Shown here one piece after another: positions 35,034-46,236 of a stretch of 64,000 nt of DNA (position 1 is the first letter of the stretch; the number at the start of each line of letters is the position of its first letter). The notes under the pieces are model-generated. The model ran no database searches and was not told the origin of the DNA. It saw nothing but the letters and a program-made list of their open reading frames with translations. The stretch is from a virus. Where the stretch lies: the IMG/VR virus record IMGVR_UViG_3300035698_031273, positions 1 through 64,000 of that record, one strand, 5' to 3'. The position numbers were made by a program, and so were the translations under genes.

Positions 35034-38000
35034 ATGCCAGAAGATGTAAGTAAAAATATAAATTATAATATAGAAGCTAATCTTAAATCTGTAGGTTTTG
35101 GTAAGGCTACTGGTGATGTTAACAAAGTTTTAGAGGAGATGAAAAAACTAAATATCGTTAATAAAGCAGCACAAAAAATTTATGGAGATACAGGAAAATC
35201 TATTGTTAAGATGGCCAGAGACAATGTAAGAAGTTCTAAAAATACTTCTAAGGCTACGAAGGAATTAACCGAACATACAAAAGGCTATAGGAGAGAAATA
35301 AATGTCTTAACAAGATCAGTAAAAAATGCTATTGGCTCTATTACTAAAATAGGGGTTGCATTAGTAACAGCTGGTGAAATAAATATTAGAGGTTTCAAGA
35401 CTTTACAGGAATTAAACAAGTCATATATTAAAGTATCTGGCTCTGCTTTAAAATATGGAATTGGCTTGGGTGAAGTTGAGGCCATGTCGAAGCGAGCTAT
35501 TAATACAATGGGATTAACTCGTAAAGAAGCACTTGAATTGTTTGATGTTTTTCAGAAAGGATTTGTTGGAGTAAGTACTATAGGAGTTAAGGGTTTTGAA
35601 AAGATATCTTCAAATATTAGAAATGTTGTAGGTCCAGATTTACAAGCCATTACAGCAGCATTCGGAGAAATAAATGCAATAACTCAAAGATTGCCTAGTA
35701 CACTTTCTTTGTTTGAAAATGTTAAAGACCCAGCCATTAATAAAAATTTGAGAGAATCTATTACTTTATGGCAATTAAGTGGAACCATGACTAGAGAATC
35801 AGCAAATATGATGCGTGATTATATTACACAGGGTCAGCAATTAACGGAATTTGAAAAAGCAGAACGAGAAGAACTGAAAAAAAGTCAAGCGGTGTTTCAA
35901 AAGTTTAAGGAAATTGCTATAATCGTTGGATCAGGAGTAGCCAAGGCATTAATGCCTATCTTTGAGGAAATATCTTCTTGGATGAAAAAGTTTAGAGAAG
36001 GACCTACTTTAGGAGACATGTTTGAGAAGTTTAAAGAAAAAGTAGAAGAGACAGTGCCTCATTTAAAGAAATTTGCTCAGGCTATTGCTTACTTAGGGTT
36101 AGTTGCATGGTTAGCAAAAGTTGCTGTTGGAGCAATGCTGGTAGCAAAGGCTATTGCTGCAATTGGATTTACACCGCTTCTTATAGGTATTACCGCTGCT
36201 GTTGCGGGCTTTTTTGCACTTAAAGCAGCATGGGATCATTTTTTCGGCAGCAAAGGTATGGATAAAATGTTAGAAGGGCAAAAAAAACAAGCTGAGCAAA
36301 CCAAAAAACAAAAAGAGATTGAAGAAGAGAGGCAAAAAGAAGCATTAAAAGCTGCTCAAGCTATAGGACAAGCAGAGTCAGATAGAGCCGCTGCTATTGT
36401 AGCAAGAACTCAGCTTAGTCAGAAATCAATAGATGCTCAAAAAAGTGAGTTGTCTAGTCTGGTGAAATATATGCAGATGACTAATAGAATTTCTACCGAA
36501 GAACTTATGATAAAACGAGATAAAATATTAAAAGAAATTACATATCAGATAGGTCGTCAAGAAATAATTATACAAAATGCTAAAAAAATTCTAGCTAGTG
36601 AAACAGCTACTGCTGATCAAAAAAAAGAGGCAGGAACATCAGAATCTAATGCAATTGCAAAAATAAATACATTAAGGGTAGAAGAGTTAACCACAGCAGA
36701 AAGCATTATGCCAGTTTACCAAACAAGATTAGATATTGTTAGTAAAGAAGCTAATTTGATGGGATCAATGGTACAATTGGTAGACAATTATGCTATTGGT
36801 GTTGGAGCTTCAGCAAAAATGAGAATGCAAGCAGTTTCTGCCTTAGACAAACAAATGAAAGTTCTTAAAGACGAAATGAAAATAGCTGAAGATTTGTATG
36901 AAAAGAATGGGGATTTATATGCCCTTCAGAGTAGAATGCTTGATTTACAGAACCAACAATTGCAAGTCCAGATGAAACAAGCTTCAATGGTAAAAACTTT
37001 ACGTGATGGATGGATCGAAGCTATTGGAGCTATGAATACTGGAGCCGGAAGATATTCTAAGATAATTATGGATGCCAATCAAAATACTGCTCAATTAATA
37101 AAATTTGGGGGTATTATTTCTTCTCGTTCTGGTTCTTATGATCCTGAAGCTGGCTATAGAACTGCTGCTAGATATTCTGCTAATCAACAGGGAGGTTTTA
37201 CTGCTCCTCAATATGGAGTTGGAGGTCAAGGAGGTTTTGCTTATCGTACTCCTACTACTCCACTTGAAGCACTTATGTTGGAGCAAACAAAACGTATGGA
37301 AGCCGCTGGTCTTGCTGCTTCTTATGGTGAAGCCATTTCTGCAGGAAAAGGTAATCAAGAAGGACAGGCTCTTTCTCAACATCCTTATAAAGAAGCTTAT
37401 ATGAATTCTGGTGGAGGTCAAATGGGTGGTGGAGCATCGAAAAAAGTAGAGGACAGCAGAAAAATATATAATGATAGAATGGCGGCTAATTTAGGAATAC
37501 CGACATCTAAAAAAACAAAATCTGAAGATGAAATAGAGGGTAGTAAAACAGATATAGAAAAAATTGTAGCAGAATTAGTTAAAATATCAACTGATAAAGT
37601 AGAAATTAATGGAAAAAATATAAGTTTTTCACCAACAGGAGGAGTTTCACCAACGGGAACAGTTTCACAAGTTCCGCCTCCTACTCCTACTGAATTAGAA
37701 GCAGCATCTCAAATAACAGGAACATTACCAGTAACAAAAGCTAAGCCTATCGGACCAGAGATGACAGGTGAAGTTGAATATAGTAGTTCTGGTGCAATTA
37801 GTAGTGCTGGTATTCCTCGGGGTTTGACGGTAGGAGGTGTGGAATATAGCCAAAAACAAGCAGAACAATATAGACAGATAAAGGCACATAAACTTTCTCC
37901 TGAAATAGAGGAAAAAATACGTACTACTGAAGGAGAACCACGTTTACAGGAAATTAAAGAGAAACTTGCTGCCGAACGAGATGTGTGGTTTACACAACTT

Positions 38001-38600
38001 GAGAATCTTGTATCTTCAGGAAATGCAGGAGGACGAACAGAACAAGAGGTTCAGGTAGAAATGAAAAGGCTAAAAAATAGCGGTTGGGGTGGGTTATATA
38101 ATACTTTATTGACCGACGACGCACTGAGAAATAAAGCTAGTAAAAGATTAGAACAAAGAACTCAAAAAGAGGAATCTATGTCTCCTTCAATGAGAACAAG
38201 AGAAGCAGGACAGTTTGATCCGGATATAAATAGAAGCGTTATGGCTGCTGATGCCGCTATTGCCTCAGATGAAGAAGATAAATATAACAAAGATATTGCA
38301 CGGGAACAAAAATATCTTAAATCACAAGATGTTGTGCAGCAGATGAGACAAGCAGCAAATGTAAGAGTAGATGAACATCGGCAACAATGGGAAGGACAAA
38401 ATTCATCTTTTACTCCTTTTGATACAAATAATAATGTTGTTCATGTTAAATCAGATCCGGTTTCTGTTAATTTGAAATTAACCGATCTTTTTAAATTTCT
38501 TAAAACTTTTGACAATCGTGTTGCATCTACTATTGAGAGTGCGTCTACTGTGGCGGTAGAAAATCATATTGCTAAAAATGCTGATGGTTTAGTTTCATAA
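35034..38600 (+). CDS. Tail tape measure protein
   Basis: 1188 aa, helical and Ala/Lys/Gln-rich, central hydrophobic segment; follows the chaperones. Confidence 0.8.
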   Translation: MPEDVSKNINYNIEANLKSVGFGKATGDVNKVLEEMKKLNIVNKAAQKIYGDTGKSIVKMARDNVRSSKNTSKATKELTEHTKGYRREINVLTRSVKNAIGSITKIGVALVTAGEINIRGFKTLQELNKSYIKVSGSALKYGIGLGEVEAMSKRAINTMGLTRKEALELFDVFQKGFVGVSTIGVKGFEKISSNIRNVVGPDLQAITAAFGEINAITQRLPSTLSLFENVKDPAINKNLRESITLWQLSGTMTRESANMMRDYITQGQQLTEFEKAEREELKKSQAVFQKFKEIAIIVGSGVAKALMPIFEEISSWMKKFREGPTLGDMFEKFKEKVEETVPHLKKFAQAIAYLGLVAWLAKVAVGAMLVAKAIAAIGFTPLLIGITAAVAGFFALKAAWDHFFGSKGMDKMLEGQKKQAEQTKKQKEIEEERQKEALKAAQAIGQAESDRAAAIVARTQLSQKSIDAQKSELSSLVKYMQMTNRISTEELMIKRDKILKEITYQIGRQEIIIQNAKKILASETATADQKKEAGTSESNAIAKINTLRVEELTTAESIMPVYQTRLDIVSKEANLMGSMVQLVDNYAIGVGASAKMRMQAVSALDKQMKVLKDEMKIAEDLYEKNGDLYALQSRMLDLQNQQLQVQMKQASMVKTLRDGWIEAIGAMNTGAGRYSKIIMDANQNTAQLIKFGGIISSRSGSYDPEAGYRTAARYSANQQGGFTAPQYGVGGQGGFAYRTPTTPLEALMLEQTKRMEAAGLAASYGEAISAGKGNQEGQALSQHPYKEAYMNSGGGQMGGGASKKVEDSRKIYNDRMAANLGIPTSKKTKSEDEIEGSKTDIEKIVAELVKISTDKVEINGKNISFSPTGGVSPTGTVSQVPPPTPTELEAASQITGTLPVTKAKPIGPEMTGEVEYSSSGAISSAGIPRGLTVGGVEYSQKQAEQYRQIKAHKLSPEIEEKIRTTEGEPRLQEIKEKLAAERDVWFTQLENLVSSGNAGGRTEQEVQVEMKRLKNSGWGGLYNTLLTDDALRNKASKRLEQRTQKEESMSPSMRTREAGQFDPDINRSVMAADAAIASDEEDKYNKDIAREQKYLKSQDVVQQMRQAANVRVDEHRQQWEGQNSSFTPFDTNNNVVHVKSDPVSVNLKLTDLFKFLKTFDNRVASTIESASTVAVENHIAKNADGLVS

Positions 38601-38623
38601 CATTTCTTTTTTAGGTAGTTCAT

Positions 38624-41600
38624 ATGGCTATTGTTTGTAAGGCAGAAGGATTTTTGGCTTATAATTCATCTGATTTAATTCCAGATGGATATATATGGCC
38701 CATTTTAAATAAAGAACACCCTGTTGGTGGTGTCAGGCAAAATGATTTAGATAATCCAGATGAAGGTGTCTCTTTTACTTACGAAAGAGATGCTGATGGT
38801 AATGTAACAGGAATAATTGAAAAAAGAAAACAATTGCCATGTTCATCTATAAATATTGAATGTATTTTTGGAAAACAGATGACAAATCAAGGGGGAACCC
38901 TTGTAGAACCAGGTACTTTTTTTGGGACTCCTGCTGGTAGTATAATAGCGGGATCTCTTCTTACAGGAGTTATGACAGGAGCACCATCACAAGGAACATC
39001 TAATTTTATTTTTCATATATGTGCAACAGAAACCAGATTTAATGTTCCTGTTAAAATAACTGAAGAAATTTTACAAACAGGTATATTTGAATTACCCTAT
39101 TATCCAATGTCAGTATTTGCTGTTGTTAAAGAATTTGTCGACCCCAATGACGAAACAGATACTGTTCCACATGGTTTGAAGTTCACAGATGCACAATTAT
39201 CTCAACTAGGATTATCTGAGACACGTAGACAGTATTTTAAAATAAAAGGGGTTACAGATTATAAGGGACGTTTTGGTGGAGTATATGGTAGTGCTGCTGG
39301 ACAACCACCACAATATGGCACTCCTGAAGCAGTAGATAGTATTTCTCCAGATTTATTTTTAGAAATTATAAGAGATAATAGAAAACTTAAATTTAGAGGA
39401 GATAATCCAGATGGAGGAGTTATATCTGGTTTACCTGTTGCCTCTACAACACAGAATGACATTACTGATAAAAAAATAAAAATAAATACTGATGGTCTAA
39501 CTGAAGAAGATTTAGGAAAAAAACTTTATATTACTATGTGCTTAGGGAGAGATAGATATGTTAGACATGTTGTTTCTCATCGTGGTAATGCTATTAACGC
39601 TGGTTCTGTTGGTGGTTCTGGAACAGCAGGCATTTTTTCTATAGGATTTGTAGTAGATGCATGGAATTATCAATTGTGTCAATGGATGGTTCCCAAGGGA
39701 GATCCTTCATTTAATGATAGTGATTCAGAATTTAAAGTTCCTTACTCATCTTTTCCTGCTCCAGTAACTGGAGAAACACTTGCTTCTCGTGTGGGAGAAT
39801 CAGATAGTTATGACGTAATAGAAGGATGGAGATTATCTGAAGGTATAACATATAAAACTTCAAAAATGTGGGCAGCAGATAAAAGGGGTATTATATTAAT
39901 TACCATAGAACATGGTCAAGTTAAACAAGCAACAGATACTATTATATTTCCCAGAGACCAAATAAGAGACCAAAATTGGTTTGATAATTATTTAAAGGAA
40001 AATAATTTAGAACAAGAAAATATTTCTTTATTTTCTGTTCAAGATGTTACTGGAATATTATATGATATTAGTGATATCAATAATACTCTTTTATATGATC
40101 AAGAAAAAATACCATATTATAGACCATTTGCGTTAGCACTTCAAAATGTAAGTAAATATTCTACAGACGATAGTCAGAGTGGTGTAGGAATAGTAAATCT
40201 TGATATTGTTAATAATAACTTACAAGTAGATGGTTCTTTTTATGATTTATCTAATTCATTATTTAAATCTACTCCTATGAGTTCTTATTTGGCTTCTGAC
40301 TCTACAGCAGGAGAAATGGGATATTCTGGGTTTGGTTGTACATTTATAGATGACAAAGGTAGTTATTTTGCAGGAAGCAATCCGTCTAATCAAACTACTT
40401 TTAGTCTGTATGTTCCAACAGGATTTATTATTGAGTCAGACTGGAGATTATTTAGTCCAGAATTTTATGGAAAATTTAGCAATAAAACAAGAATATATGT
40501 TGAAGATTTTTCTGGAGATGTTACTAGTCAACTTAGTAATTTATTTGTAAAGACAACTCCTATTATTGAGGGAGCTATATCTGTAGATCATAATTATTTT
40601 AGAGACGCAATATTAGTATTTGAAGATAATAAACTTAACGAGTGTATTTCTTTTCAATATTTTCCAAGAAGAAGTTATAAAAAAATAAGAAACAGATTAA
40701 CTTATAATAAAAATTTAAGTCATAATGTTCTTCCTTTTAATCATCATGATTTTTTAGGGGTTGGTTACGATAGATTAATAGGAACTATTCCTAGTTATAG
40801 CGTTGGGCGTCCTGCTTCTGTTGATTATTTTTATGCTTGCAATCCCCATCTTTCGGGAACATCTTATGATGAAATATATACTAAGAAAGTATTAGTTGAT
40901 GAAGGTCAAGTTAATTATATTGCTCCTGATAAAATAAGTATTGATATTGATGAAATTGATTTATTTCGTTCTCTTCAAATAACCTATTATTGTCATAATG
41001 TAGTAAATCTTTCAGAGGATCAAAAAAATATTTCTTTGCAATTTACCAGTACTAATACTGTAATTAATAATGTATACATGCCATTTTCTATGTCTACTTC
41101 TTCTTTTCCTAATCTTTTAATTATAGATTGTCGTTTTTATCGAGGAGGCCCTATTATATTAGAAGGGGAAATATTAAGATATGTAACTATACAAAAGATA
41201 GAAGCCATTACCATGGAACAGAATACTTTTTTTAAGTATAAGGTAGATGGTAAACAGCCTTCTATGATATATAGTGGGGATAATAAAATTGCAGTACTTT
41301 ATTCAGACAAGATGAATAATCTTTCTATAACTATTAGTTATGATAATGGGCTTAGCTGGTTTAATTATCAGGGTATCATTAGATTAGCAAAGGGAGAAAC
41401 TGCTAGTTTGCCATACATTGTTCATGATGATGTTATGAGTTTTATCCATTTGTTTTATGTTTTGAATAATAAATTTTTAATGTATCGGCAAGTAAATTTA
41501 AATGATCTTGTCTGTGAAGATTCTTTTTTAACATACAATCCTCCTGATTTAATAGGTCCAAATATTTCAGATGATGAAATTCAAGGAATAAATTTAGATG

Positions 41601-42490
41601 GGTCTTTGCAGGACTATACCGATAGGGGAAAACGACTTAGAACACAAACGAGCTATTTTGTTTGTGGAGATGCAGAGGATACATTTTTTTTACAAGAGAT
41701 AGGTATATCTCAAGAAAGACAAGATGCTGGTCTATCACAGAGATTTGTATATATGGGTAATGAATCACAAATGGATAAACCTTTTGAGGAAAGTAGATAT
41801 GCTGCTTATAAAGATAAGCACGGAAGAGTAAAATTATATTTTACTACAGAAGGAAAATTAAATATAAAAATAAGTTCTAATTTTCTTACTTGGTCTTATG
41901 CTGGTAAAGATATAGTTTTTCACAGGAATTTCTTTCCTAGTGATGGTAGTATAACTCAGGTTGATTTAAGTGATACTGAAATAAATAATATTCAGACAAT
42001 TTATAATGAATACTCAGATGTAGTTTCAATAGTTTATTTCCATGATAATATGATGTTTTTAAGAAGTTTTCCTAATCATTTAATAGTAGCAAATTATGTG
42101 AATGATCAGTTAGATGCTGAGATTATTACTAATTTTATTAATATCAATAGGGATAATTTTGATGATATTCCGATATTTCTTACGGGTAGATTATCTGATG
42201 AAATTCAATCATCATATACTATTGTTAGAGGAAAAATTGATTCTGGAGCAGTAGTTAAAGAAGCATATTTAGATAGTAATTCATCTATTATGGTACCTTA
42301 TCCAATTGATGAACTATCCGGTTTTTCCGGATTGTTGGATGTAGATACAGAGGTACAGCCATTTGGATTTATAAATGAAACAGGTGCTATAAGATTATTT
42401 TATATGGATTCTGAGGGGAACGTTCAAGGAATGTTAATTATGGCTGGTAAATATCCAACATTGGATGTTAAAATGGAAAATGCTTTATGA
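38624..42490 (+). CDS. Large tail-tip/baseplate protein with Asp-box
   Basis: Follows tape measure; SYDNGLSW BNR/Asp-box. Confidence 0.5.
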   Translation: MAIVCKAEGFLAYNSSDLIPDGYIWPILNKEHPVGGVRQNDLDNPDEGVSFTYERDADGNVTGIIEKRKQLPCSSINIECIFGKQMTNQGGTLVEPGTFFGTPAGSIIAGSLLTGVMTGAPSQGTSNFIFHICATETRFNVPVKITEEILQTGIFELPYYPMSVFAVVKEFVDPNDETDTVPHGLKFTDAQLSQLGLSETRRQYFKIKGVTDYKGRFGGVYGSAAGQPPQYGTPEAVDSISPDLFLEIIRDNRKLKFRGDNPDGGVISGLPVASTTQNDITDKKIKINTDGLTEEDLGKKLYITMCLGRDRYVRHVVSHRGNAINAGSVGGSGTAGIFSIGFVVDAWNYQLCQWMVPKGDPSFNDSDSEFKVPYSSFPAPVTGETLASRVGESDSYDVIEGWRLSEGITYKTSKMWAADKRGIILITIEHGQVKQATDTIIFPRDQIRDQNWFDNYLKENNLEQENISLFSVQDVTGILYDISDINNTLLYDQEKIPYYRPFALALQNVSKYSTDDSQSGVGIVNLDIVNNNLQVDGSFYDLSNSLFKSTPMSSYLASDSTAGEMGYSGFGCTFIDDKGSYFAGSNPSNQTTFSLYVPTGFIIESDWRLFSPEFYGKFSNKTRIYVEDFSGDVTSQLSNLFVKTTPIIEGAISVDHNYFRDAILVFEDNKLNECISFQYFPRRSYKKIRNRLTYNKNLSHNVLPFNHHDFLGVGYDRLIGTIPSYSVGRPASVDYFYACNPHLSGTSYDEIYTKKVLVDEGQVNYIAPDKISIDIDEIDLFRSLQITYYCHNVVNLSEDQKNISLQFTSTNTVINNVYMPFSMSTSSFPNLLIIDCRFYRGGPIILEGEILRYVTIQKIEAITMEQNTFFKYKVDGKQPSMIYSGDNKIAVLYSDKMNNLSITISYDNGLSWFNYQGIIRLAKGETASLPYIVHDDVMSFIHLFYVLNNKFLMYRQVNLNDLVCEDSFLTYNPPDLIGPNISDDEIQGINLDGSLQDYTDRGKRLRTQTSYFVCGDAEDTFFLQEIGISQERQDAGLSQRFVYMGNESQMDKPFEESRYAAYKDKHGRVKLYFTTEGKLNIKISSNFLTWSYAGKDIVFHRNFFPSDGSITQVDLSDTEINNIQTIYNEYSDVVSIVYFHDNMMFLRSFPNHLIVANYVNDQLDAEIITNFININRDNFDDIPIFLTGRLSDEIQSSYTIVRGKIDSGAVVKEAYLDSNSSIMVPYPIDELSGFSGLLDVDTEVQPFGFINETGAIRLFYMDSEGNVQGMLIMAGKYPTLDVKMENAL

Positions 42491-45400
42491 AAATAGCTAC
42501 TGATGGAAATATAAGAAATATACCTAAAATAAAATATCCTGGTCCAGGAGATTTTAAAGATGTAGAAAATCCTGTTTCTGCTATAAATACAGGTATAGTT
42601 GCTTTAAAATGTATTATTAATGGAATTAGTCCTTTTGAAAGAAGTTCTCGTGAAGATGATGCTTTAGTTTTTAATAATAATACTTTTAGTGAAGAAAGAT
42701 TACAATATTATCCAGATATTCCCCCTAATTCTGTTCAAACAATACAGGGTCTGGAGGGAATTACATTAATGCCTAAATATGTATTTAGGCATAATTATTT
42801 ACAATGTACTCCAAGTAAATTTGCTGTAGTAGCAAATGCTAAATGGGAGGAATTAAAAGGAAGTGATAAGGCATATCAAGTAAAATATATGGAGGAACAA
42901 ACATGGCTTATAAGACCAGGTTTGTTTGATAGTGATTTTATTCGTATTGATAAGTATGGCAATACTATCTCATTAGATTGTGTTTCTGAACAAATATGGC
43001 AATATGTGGCAGCTCAATTACCAGATAATTCTGATGATATTGATAAAAATAATGATGGGTCTGCTAATTCTCGTGTAAGTTTGGACCAATGGACAGAACA
43101 ATATAGTACTAGGATTATGCAACCAGCTAGTAGTAATAGTTTAGATGAGCAAACAGTAGAAATTCAATATCCCGTACAAATATCTTCTTCTAATTGTCAG
43201 GGAGTTGGAGTTCATTGGGGGCTAAAGAAAAAGACACCTTTATTTAAGGGAGAAGATTTTTTTATTCAATTTAGAAAAGTATCACTTGCTGAAGATATTC
43301 CTTCTTTAACCAAAGATGACTCAGAAAGAAGATTTTCTTATTATAATAGTGATTATAAAATTTTAGACGTAAATAGAGTAAGTGATTTATCTTGGTTGCC
43401 AGAATTAGAAACTTATATTTATGATAATCAGGGAGTTTTGGGAGTTTCTTATAGATACGATGAATATGGTGTTCAAAATGTTGAAATTACTGATAAAAAA
43501 ACTTTAAATTTTTCTAATCAAGCTTATTATATTGTGGAAATAGGTGATTTTCAATCTGATCCTGAGAATCATTATTTCATTGTTATTTGTCAAAATTCTG
43601 TTCCACTATGTTTAACAGTAGAAGACAAAGAAGTTTTAGATGTTTTTGGACAAGAAGGTATACTTAGGTTTTCTAGAGTTTTGAGTACATGTAATGGAAG
43701 TATGATACGTCTTGGGGAGGAAAGTTCTGGTACTAAAATAAGGGGTGCAGATTTAATTAATACAGAAGTTTTAATGATGACTGTTAGAAATTATTTAGGA
43801 AAGTTGATGATAACCTTTAATGGAAAGGGTTTTGAAACAACACCTTGGGTAATTGATCGTACTGATTTAGGAGTAGATGGTAGTAGTAAAGTTAAAATAG
43901 TTAATGTTCCTCATTCTACAATTTCTGTTTTTGGAGGAAATATTAATTCAGGTGTTTTATTTGGTCCTTTACAATATCAAAAAAAAGTAAGTTTTCGTCA
44001 TCCTTCTCAATTAATGAGATATAAAAATACTGTTGGAATAAATAACGAGTCATTTTCTTTACCTTCTCAGTCTAATTTTCATAATCTTTATTTAAGAATA
44101 AATGATATTGGAGAACCTGTTCCCAGTCTTATTAATACTGGAGAAGTTATTTTTGGTAACAACGATCCGTATAAACCATATTTTACACAAGATGCTCAAG
44201 TTTTTAGAGAACACTTAAAAGATGAAAATAATATATGGAATTGGGGAAATTTTTTCGGAGAAGAATCATTAAGGGAAATGTTACCTCCTATTTCTTATTA
44301 TGTTAAATTATTTGATAATGCTATGACAGGTGAGTTTAGAAAGGCTTTTCAGGCTTGGTATTATTCTCTTAATTATTCTGAAATTAAAGTTGATAAATAT
44401 AATATTTCTATAGACGCAAGTAATCGGCGTCAGTATTTTTTTACAGAAATAAAATTATTAGCAGGAGATCATTTATTTGGTAGTCAAGATGTTTTGCCTT
44501 CTGGTGTTGTTCGTAAAAACGAGAATAATAATCTTCCTTATGTTAATATGTGGGCTTTACAATCTTGTAAACCACCCATCCTAACGATGATTAGGTTGGT
44601 TGCTGATTCTAACCCAACTCCCAGATGGCAGACAGAGATAGTAGATGCCAGTAATCATGTTCTTAGTTTTAATGAAACATGGAGCACCACAGACTTTACT
44701 TCGTTGGAACATAAAGGATCAATTAAATTTTTAGTAAACGAAGGTATGTATATGGATGAATGGGATCAAGGTTATGTCACAGAGAGATTATTATCTCTTA
44801 GAGACAAAACTTTTTATGTTGAAATATGGGGTGGTTACGAAGCACAAGTTGGTGATTCATCTAATGATCTTGATAGATGTAATTATCCACAAATGCCAGG
44901 TTTATATAAATTATTTACAGGTATTTGTAGTGGGGGAACTATTACTAGGTCTTATGGGCAGAGGGTAATGGACTGTGTTTTGGAGGACTATTCAAAAGTT
45001 CTTAAAGATCAAAGATTTTTTAATAGTCCTTTTTTTGATGGAGTTAGGGATGTTAATGCTGTAAATCAAATTTTAGATATGGCAGGTTTTCGTTCAGATA
45101 TGATTCCGTGGAATATTGTTCTTTCCGATGGAACTCCATTAACTTTGCAGAATTATGGTCCCAGAATAATATTAGATAATTTAGCTTCTACTCCAGCTAA
45201 TTACCAAATGAATCTTATTTTTCCTGATAATAGAATAGCTTATTCTTTACCATATGCTTTGCCAAGTTCTTACGCCCGTTTAACACAACCATTTTACAAA
45301 TTTAAAGCTGGTAGTGATACTTTTCATGATGGTATTGCGAAGATATCTAAAACAGGGGGAAAAATATTTTTCTTTGACCAGTTTGGTATTGCTCACTTTG

Positions 45401-45969
45401 AAAATTATTTTGATCATTATCAGGATATAGTTTTAACCGGAGGGACAGTTGATTTAAGTGAGATTGCTTTTTTGTATTCAACTAATCCAGATACTTATGC
45501 TGGACAATTAATATTTAAAGGAATGACAGTAAACCACGATGTGTCTTCTGCATATAATCATATTAAATTATTAACAAATACTCCTAATTTCACTCCTGTT
45601 TGGATGGATAATGTTAATTGGGATTCATTTGATAATCCTGAGTCAGAAGGATTTCTTGGTTATTTAAAGTTATTTTATCAGGCAGAAGGTGTAATTGGGG
45701 ATGAAGCTGCTGCAGCACGTTTGTTGGAATTTTATAGTATACAAATGTTTAAACCTCCTGTTGTAGTTAATTTTGAAAGTTATGGTCAGCCCGTTAGAGC
45801 TTTAGATATTATTGGATTAAATTATGTTCCATTAAGGGTAATGAAGGTAGAATCTACTATGGAGCCTCAAAAAAATATATGGTGGCAGACATTAGAGTGT
45901 GAGTGGACTAGTGTTGCTGACTATTATAATCTTTTAACAGCTAGAAATCCACTTATCACGGAGGTTTAA
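42487..45969 (+). CDS. Baseplate hub/tail-tip-like protein
   Basis: C-terminal LFTGI...LEDYSKVL...IFFFDQFG...YNHIKL...LDIIGL layout typical of hub proteins. Confidence 0.5.
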   Translation: MKIATDGNIRNIPKIKYPGPGDFKDVENPVSAINTGIVALKCIINGISPFERSSREDDALVFNNNTFSEERLQYYPDIPPNSVQTIQGLEGITLMPKYVFRHNYLQCTPSKFAVVANAKWEELKGSDKAYQVKYMEEQTWLIRPGLFDSDFIRIDKYGNTISLDCVSEQIWQYVAAQLPDNSDDIDKNNDGSANSRVSLDQWTEQYSTRIMQPASSNSLDEQTVEIQYPVQISSSNCQGVGVHWGLKKKTPLFKGEDFFIQFRKVSLAEDIPSLTKDDSERRFSYYNSDYKILDVNRVSDLSWLPELETYIYDNQGVLGVSYRYDEYGVQNVEITDKKTLNFSNQAYYIVEIGDFQSDPENHYFIVICQNSVPLCLTVEDKEVLDVFGQEGILRFSRVLSTCNGSMIRLGEESSGTKIRGADLINTEVLMMTVRNYLGKLMITFNGKGFETTPWVIDRTDLGVDGSSKVKIVNVPHSTISVFGGNINSGVLFGPLQYQKKVSFRHPSQLMRYKNTVGINNESFSLPSQSNFHNLYLRINDIGEPVPSLINTGEVIFGNNDPYKPYFTQDAQVFREHLKDENNIWNWGNFFGEESLREMLPPISYYVKLFDNAMTGEFRKAFQAWYYSLNYSEIKVDKYNISIDASNRRQYFFTEIKLLAGDHLFGSQDVLPSGVVRKNENNNLPYVNMWALQSCKPPILTMIRLVADSNPTPRWQTEIVDASNHVLSFNETWSTTDFTSLEHKGSIKFLVNEGMYMDEWDQGYVTERLLSLRDKTFYVEIWGGYEAQVGDSSNDLDRCNYPQMPGLYKLFTGICSGGTITRSYGQRVMDCVLEDYSKVLKDQRFFNSPFFDGVRDVNAVNQILDMAGFRSDMIPWNIVLSDGTPLTLQNYGPRIILDNLASTPANYQMNLIFPDNRIAYSLPYALPSSYARLTQPFYKFKAGSDTFHDGIAKISKTGGKIFFFDQFGIAHFENYFDHYQDIVLTGGTVDLSEIAFLYSTNPDTYAGQLIFKGMTVNHDVSSAYNHIKLLTNTPNFTPVWMDNVNWDSFDNPESEGFLGYLKLFYQAEGVIGDEAAAARLLEFYSIQMFKPPVVVNFESYGQPVRALDIIGLNYVPLRVMKVESTMEPQKNIWWQTLECEWTSVADYYNLLTARNPLITEV

Positions 45970-45970
45970 T

Positions 45971-46201
45971 TTGAATACATCAAAAAATAATGTTCGTTTG
46001 TCAGAATTAGAAAAAGGCATACAGAAAATGATTGATTATAGAATGAGAACCAATCAAAGCAATTATGATTTTGTCAGGGATCGTAATGGAATATTTAATT
46101 CTGGAGCCTTTCAATTAAATAATTTTGGAGGGACATCGAATTATGCGTCGTTTGGTGGAGGACGTAAACGTGTAGGGGAAAAATATATTGTTGGAAAATA
46201 A
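45971..46201 (+). CDS. Hypothetical protein
   Basis: GGAGG RBS, TTG start. Confidence 0.5.
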   Translation: MNTSKNNVRLSELEKGIQKMIDYRMRTNQSNYDFVRDRNGIFNSGAFQLNNFGGTSNYASFGGGRKRVGEKYIVGK

Positions 46202-46236
46202 ATTTATAAATCGTAATTTTAGGAGTAATAAATAAA